A stretch of 64,000 bases of DNA from Candidatus Tayloriibacteriota bacterium (GTDB taxonomy: Bacteria; Patescibacteriota; Minisyncoccia; Phycocordibacterales; CAIRYW01), in contig JAQBQZ010000009.1 of assembly GCA_028286725.1 (NCBI GenBank), forward strand, positions 1,408 through 65,407. Reading direction: 5' to 3'. The notes under the pieces were generated by a model. That model was given only the letters and a program-made list of their open reading frames with translations, did not search any database and was not told the origin of the DNA. The position numbers were made by a program, and so were the translations under genes. Below are positions 59,002-64,000 of this stretch, piece after piece (position 1 is the stretch's first letter; every line of letters begins with the position of its first letter).

Positions 59002-60276
59002 ATGCCGAAAATAAAACCTAAATCTAAAATAAAAATGCAGAAGAAAAAAACTAACGAGAAGTTAGCAGATAAAAAAGTTATTGAAAAAGAACCAGCCCAG
59101 ATATCTCCTGAATTTGAAATGGCAGAATGTGCCGCAAAGCACTTTGGATTCATAAAGCTCCCTGAAGTCGAAATTGAAAAGAATGATCTTCTCGGTGCAA
59201 AGAAATTCAGCGAATCACATCTCGCCATTGTAAAGCCATGGACTGAAGACTGCGACAGATACCAAGGATTTCTCGAAGAAAAAATCTCAATAATGCGAAA
59301 CTACATCGATAAGAAATGGTCTAACATTGCACTCCCTCTTTTGGGTTATTATATAGGACCCATAAAAGGCAATCCCCATCTCAAACGAAATACAGATAAC
59401 AAGACGTTCAATCTTGAGATCATCGGTGCGCAAAAAGCTATTGCTGAAGCGATGATTATCGAGACTGCATTTGTGATCCTTAAGGAAAGATACCCTGGAG
59501 AAGAAATGTTTGTTGAGATCAACTCGATCGGAGACAAAGAATCAATGGCAAGATTTGCAAAAGAACTTCAAAACTATGTCAAAAAAGAAATCAATAAGCT
59601 CCCTCTCGAATTCCGATCTGAAATAAAAAAGGATGTATTCAATCTATTCAATTTAAAGAATCCAAAAGCATTTGAGTTTGTTGAGAATGCGCCAAAACCA
59701 ATGTCATTCCTCTCTGATACAAGCAGAACTCATTTTAAAGAAGTGCTGGAATTCCTCGAATCGCTCAATATCCCTTATGAAATAAATCACAAGCTCATTG
59801 GTAGTCGAAGCTACTGTTCAGAAACGATCTTTGAGATCAGAAGCCAAAAGGAAGTCTTTGCGATCGGAGAAAGATATAACGGTCTTGCAAAAAAAGTTTG
59901 GGGCAAAAAAGATGTTCCTGCAATCGGTGTCACCTTACATATCCATCCTCACTATGTTCAAAACCTCAAAAAGAAGGCTGCGAAAGAAGAGTCGCCTAAG
60001 TTCTATTTCATTCAGTTTGGAGACACTGCAAAAAAAAGAAGCCTGACTATCATCGAATCACTCCGTAAGGCCAAGATCCCAGTACATCAATCCCTCTCAA
60101 AAGATAAGCTTTCAGTCCAGCTCACTCAGGCAGAAAAGATGAACATTCCCTACATTATTATGATGGGTCAAAAAGAAGCGATCGAGAACACTGTTGTCGT
60201 TCGACATATGATGACTCGCGCTCAAGATACGGTAGAAATAGACCTTTTGGTAAGCCATATAAAGGGACTGAGATAA
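59002..60276 (+). CDS. HisRS-like protein with degenerate catalytic motifs and intact anticodon-binding domain
   Basis: INSIGD, YCSETIFE, GERYNGL..VPAIG, C-terminal HGTP-type domain; motif 2 not recognisable. Confidence 0.75.
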   Translation: MPKIKPKSKIKMQKKKTNEKLADKKVIEKEPAQISPEFEMAECAAKHFGFIKLPEVEIEKNDLLGAKKFSESHLAIVKPWTEDCDRYQGFLEEKISIMRNYIDKKWSNIALPLLGYYIGPIKGNPHLKRNTDNKTFNLEIIGAQKAIAEAMIIETAFVILKERYPGEEMFVEINSIGDKESMARFAKELQNYVKKEINKLPLEFRSEIKKDVFNLFNLKNPKAFEFVENAPKPMSFLSDTSRTHFKEVLEFLESLNIPYEINHKLIGSRSYCSETIFEIRSQKEVFAIGERYNGLAKKVWGKKDVPAIGVTLHIHPHYVQNLKKKAAKEESPKFYFIQFGDTAKKRSLTIIESLRKAKIPVHQSLSKDKLSVQLTQAEKMNIPYIIMMGQKEAIENTVVVRHMMTRAQDTVEIDLLVSHIKGLR

Positions 60277-60460
60277 GTATTCAAGTAACAAGTACAAACA
60301 AAGTGCATCGCGGCTAGGCTGCGATGCACTTTGAATCTTTTTGAGACTTGCCCACTTGGGAACTTGCCACCTTCCACATAATTAATCCAATCCAAAACCT
60401 CAGAAAAACCTATACTGTATAACATTTGCAGAGTTCAGGGACTTATGTTAATATGTGGGA

Positions 60461-60709
60461 ATGTCAACAAACGTAGCAGTAGAAAAAAACGCAACAGAAA
60501 ACAACGTAAATCTTATTAGACGATTCACTAAGCGAGTCCAGGAATCTGGTATCGTTAAGCGAGTACGAGGTATCCGATACGAAGAACGAGCTCGTTCACA
60601 CTATGTGAGCAAGAAGAAGACTCTCGAAGTCATCAAAAGACGAGCAGAACGAGAAAGACTTCTCAAACTCGGAAAGATCTCACTTCTTCCAAAGAAACGA
60701 AAGAAATAA
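60461..60709 (+). CDS. rpsU: 30S ribosomal protein bS21 (CPR-type)
   Basis: E..NLIRRFTKRVQESG..RY; highly basic. Confidence 0.8.
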   Translation: MSTNVAVEKNATENNVNLIRRFTKRVQESGIVKRVRGIRYEERARSHYVSKKKTLEVIKRRAERERLLKLGKISLLPKKRKK

Positions 60710-60714
60710 TACTA

Positions 60715-61107
60715 ATGGAAAGTAACATAACAATTACTTACAAATCAAAAAGCAATTCATTCAAAATCGATGAATTGCTTTTTGGTAATATAAAAAGTGC
60801 AGCCTTGGGCAAAAAGTACGAACTCTCGGTGGTATTCATTGGTCCCAAAGAGATGCAAAAGATTAATCTTACCTATCGAAACAAAGATTACGCAACTGAC
60901 ATATTGAGCTTCCCTCTTTCCGAAACCTCAGGTGAAATATTTATTTGTCGCCAAAAGGCAGACCAAAAATCAAAAGAATACGATCGAGAAAAACTGAATT
61001 TTCTCTATTTTCTCTTTATACACGGACTTGTGCATTTGAAAGGATTCGAACATGGTAGTAGAATGGATAAAGAAGAAGAAAAATTCCGCAAAAAATTCAA
61101 GATCTAA
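60715..61107 (+). CDS. ybeY: rRNA maturation endoribonuclease YbeY
   Basis: YRNKDYATDILSF, GEIFI, IHGLVHLKGFEH. Confidence 0.93.
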   Translation: MESNITITYKSKSNSFKIDELLFGNIKSAALGKKYELSVVFIGPKEMQKINLTYRNKDYATDILSFPLSETSGEIFICRQKADQKSKEYDREKLNFLYFLFIHGLVHLKGFEHGSRMDKEEEKFRKKFKI

Positions 61108-61188
61108 ATTTTGAATTTTAGGAAATTTCTTTTTAATCTTAATTTATAATTCTATTTATCCTCGCCCTCTAAAGTTTTATTTATCGTT

Positions 61189-61443
61189 ATGCAATATGTT
61201 TACATTTTGCAAAGTAAAACAGATCTCAATTTATATATTGGTTGTACAAATGATATAAAAGGACGCCTCATATTGCATAACAACAAAAAAGTTGGTTCGA
61301 CAAAGGAACGTGCACCGTTTATACTTATACATTATGAAGCGTTTTTAGATCCTGTAGATGCTTACAATAGAGAAAAGTATCTAAAAACGCGTTGGGGTAG
61401 AAATTTTATAATAAAGAATCTCACCAACTTTTTTAATAGATAA
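61189..61443 (+). CDS. stand-alone GIY-YIG nuclease
   Basis: YVYILQS..LYIGCT..RL..HN..T..RAP..E..AYNREKYLK. Confidence 0.9.
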   Translation: MQYVYILQSKTDLNLYIGCTNDIKGRLILHNNKKVGSTKERAPFILIHYEAFLDPVDAYNREKYLKTRWGRNFIIKNLTNFFNR

Positions 61444-61458
61444 AATTTTCTAGGGTAA

Positions 61459-62667
61459 ATGTCTCAAAAAATCTCAGTCGGTATAGATATTGGAAGCTCA
61501 ACTATTAAAGTAATAGTTGTTGAATCTCTACGCGAAGACAAATCAAAGCCTCGCGTTATTGGCGTGGGCTATGCTGAGTCTGATGGTCTTCGACACGGAT
61601 ACATCACGAGTCCTGAAGATGCGGCCAAAGCTCTTCGCCGTGCGATACACGAAGCACAGAAAACTTCTGGATACAAAATCGAGAAGGCATACTTTGGTAT
61701 TGGATGCGCAGGACTCGAAGGAGTTGTAGGCAGTTCAATCCTCGAACTCGGCACAAAAGAAACCGTCGTTACTACAAGTGACATCGAGCAAGCTCTTGAA
61801 CTCTGCCAGAATGAACTGAATGCGACAGTCACCCGAAACCGAGAAGTCCTTCACGCGATCCCTCTTAGCTTCAAAATTGACGGTAAGCAAATATTTGGAA
61901 AGCCTCAAGGAATGTCAGGACTGAATCTTGAAGTTAAAGCAATCTTCATCACAGCGCTCTCACAACACTTAAATAGTCTTCTTGAAACTGCACGACTCGC
62001 TGGTATTGGAATTGAGGATATTGTCGCTTCTCCTATCGCCGCAAGCATCACCCTCCTTTCAAAATCTCAGCAGGTTGCAGGATGCGGACTCCTCATTGTT
62101 GGAAGCGAATCAGTGTCACTTAGTATCTTTGAAAACGGAGTACCAATCTCTGTTGAAGTCTCACCCCTTGGAAGCCGCGATATCACAAATGATCTTGCGC
62201 TCGGATTTAAAGTGTCTCTCGAAGAAGCGGAGCGCATCAAAATGTCTCGTCCTGAAAGTCTTCCTTATCCCCGAAGAAAATTAGAAGAGATCGTCAAAGC
62301 AAGACTCGAAGATACTTGCGATTTTGTTCACACAACTTTAAAGAAAATTGGAAAGAACGGACTCTTGCCTGCTGGAATTTTAATTACCGGCGGAGGAGCG
62401 ATGAGTGTATACATTGAGGAACTCGTAAAGGAAAAATTAAAACTTCCAGCAAAAAAAATTGGAATAAAATTTGACGGTGAAACAAAATTTCCATTAAATG
62501 ACGCAACTTGGTCTATCGCATACGGACTTGGCATGATCGGAATAGAAAGAGGTGGAGAATCTGGTGGTGATTTTAACTTTGGTGGCACATTTATCAAGTC
62601 AGCAAGAAGTGGATTTATGCGATCCCTCAAAAAACTAGGTAAGCTCATAAAACGGATACTTCCGTAG
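61459..62667 (+). CDS. ftsA: cell division protein FtsA
   Basis: GIDIGSS, ITNDLA, EAERIK, ITGGG; upstream of ftsZ. Confidence 0.92.
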   Translation: MSQKISVGIDIGSSTIKVIVVESLREDKSKPRVIGVGYAESDGLRHGYITSPEDAAKALRRAIHEAQKTSGYKIEKAYFGIGCAGLEGVVGSSILELGTKETVVTTSDIEQALELCQNELNATVTRNREVLHAIPLSFKIDGKQIFGKPQGMSGLNLEVKAIFITALSQHLNSLLETARLAGIGIEDIVASPIAASITLLSKSQQVAGCGLLIVGSESVSLSIFENGVPISVEVSPLGSRDITNDLALGFKVSLEEAERIKMSRPESLPYPRRKLEEIVKARLEDTCDFVHTTLKKIGKNGLLPAGILITGGGAMSVYIEELVKEKLKLPAKKIGIKFDGETKFPLNDATWSIAYGLGMIGIERGGESGGDFNFGGTFIKSARSGFMRSLKKLGKLIKRILP

Positions 62668-62807
62668 AAAAATCCTCTAATATCCTTGTAAAATAAGGAT
62701 TGATTCGGAAACAAGAGCAGAATAGTGTCAACACTATTGTTTTTAGCCTTTGTTTGCTATGATAACGCCATAGGAGGAAAGATAAGAAATAATCCATAAA
62801 CCCATAT

Positions 62808-63959
62808 ATGCCACAAATAAAACCAGAAGTAGAGACATTCGCACGAATAAAAGTAATCGGTATTGGAGGTTCAGGAAAGAACGCGCTCAACCACATGATT
62901 AATGCCAAAGTAAAAGGTGTTGATTTTATTTCTGTAAACACTGATGCGCAAGATCTCCACAACTCACTCGCAAAGAAAAAAATTCACATTGGAAAGAATC
63001 TTACAAAAGGTCTCGGAGCTGGAATGAATCCAGAAATCGGAAAGCGAGCAGCCGAAGAAACAAAAGAAGAAATTCAAGAAGCAATCAAAGGTGCTGACAT
63101 GGTATTCATCGCAGGTGGAGAAGGGGGAGGAACAGGAACAGGTGCGGCACCAGTTGTCGCAAAGACAGCAAAGGAACTTGGTACTCTCACAATCGCAGTC
63201 GTTACTCGACCATTCTCATTTGAAGGACAGCAGCGAGTGAAGCTCGCAGAAGCCGGTATCGACGAACTCCGAAAAGCAGTAGATGCGATTATCATCATCC
63301 CTAACGATCGACTTCTCGCAACAGTTTCAAAAGACACAACAGCACGACAAGCATTCACAATGTGTGATGAGATCTTGAAGCAAGCGGTTGAAGGTATTTC
63401 AGACCTCATCACAACTCCAGGGGTTATCGGTAACATCGACTTCGCTGATATTCGAGCAGTTCTCGAGAATGCAGGTAGCGCTCTCATGGGCATTGGAACA
63501 GCGACAGGAGACAACAGAGCTATTGATGCAGCACGGGCAGCGATCAACTCCCCTCTCCTTGATGTTTCGATTACAGGAGCCAAAGGAGTTCTCTTCTCAA
63601 TTGCAGGTGGTGATGATCTTACAATGTTTGAGATCCAAGATGCTGCAAAACTCATCACTGACTCAGTAGATCCAAATGCAAAGATCATCTTTGGAACAGT
63701 GCACGATGACAAGCTTAAAAAAGGCGAAGTTCGAGTAACAGTAGTTGCTGCAGGATTCCCAAGTGAAGCTCCAAAGAAATCTCTTTTTGAAGGAAAGATC
63801 TTCAACAGTGTTACACCATCACAGACAACATCAGAACCAAAGGTTGAGATGCCAAGCAAAGCAATAGAAACACCAGCCACCGCACCAAAGCCAGATGAGG
63901 AAGATGAAGATGATTGGGGTTCAGTACCAGCGTTCCTCCGACGAAGTAAGCTCAAATAA
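62808..63959 (+). CDS. ftsZ: cell division protein FtsZ
   Basis: NTDAQ, GGGTGTG, IDFAD, C-terminal VPAFLRR. Confidence 0.98.
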   Translation: MPQIKPEVETFARIKVIGIGGSGKNALNHMINAKVKGVDFISVNTDAQDLHNSLAKKKIHIGKNLTKGLGAGMNPEIGKRAAEETKEEIQEAIKGADMVFIAGGEGGGTGTGAAPVVAKTAKELGTLTIAVVTRPFSFEGQQRVKLAEAGIDELRKAVDAIIIIPNDRLLATVSKDTTARQAFTMCDEILKQAVEGISDLITTPGVIGNIDFADIRAVLENAGSALMGIGTATGDNRAIDAARAAINSPLLDVSITGAKGVLFSIAGGDDLTMFEIQDAAKLITDSVDPNAKIIFGTVHDDKLKKGEVRVTVVAAGFPSEAPKKSLFEGKIFNSVTPSQTTSEPKVEMPSKAIETPATAPKPDEEDEDDWGSVPAFLRRSKLK

Positions 63960-64000
63960 GCAAACCAAAAACTAAAACACCAACGACGCTTGAAGCGTCG

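Noticed and set aside
63074-63955. Long antisense ORFs (also 586-1347, 5518-6315, 32682-33518, 54151-54858)
   Set aside because: Shadow frames of well-supported genes on the opposite strand with no recognisable motifs

Overview
Chromosomal segment of an AT-rich bacterium with a reduced genome, most likely Patescibacteria/CPR (Parcubacteria-like). This is inferred from the short IF2, CPR-type bS21, degenerate second HisRS, tandem VirB2/TrbC-like pilin array and large peptidoglycan-binding surface proteins. Genetic code 11. It carries housekeeping genes (dnaX, dus, serS, dprA, topA, parB, miaA, rpmG, clpB, iscS, infB, rbfA, murE, gyrA, rpsA, pth, lepB, rpsU, ybeY, ftsA, ftsZ, ftsQ-like), 8 tRNA genes, two giant repeat surface proteins and many small ORFan cassettes. 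The most striking unexplained signal is non-coding. Six tRNA genes (plus a degenerate seventh) are each followed by a 150-300 bp highly structured element containing an antisense copy of that tRNA's own T-arm/acceptor 3' end. Most elements end with a direct copy of the same tRNA end, and they are built from hairpin modules shared with two stand-alone intergenic copies. Other notable points: a tandem two-allele rpsA-pth cassette slot, duplicated sigma70 promoter + boxA-like leaders on ORFan lipoprotein genes, a GPAT-like acyltransferase, a FemAB-family gene broken by a TAA, and a divergent GyrA QRDR. All homology calls are from motif recognition by eye; no searches were run.
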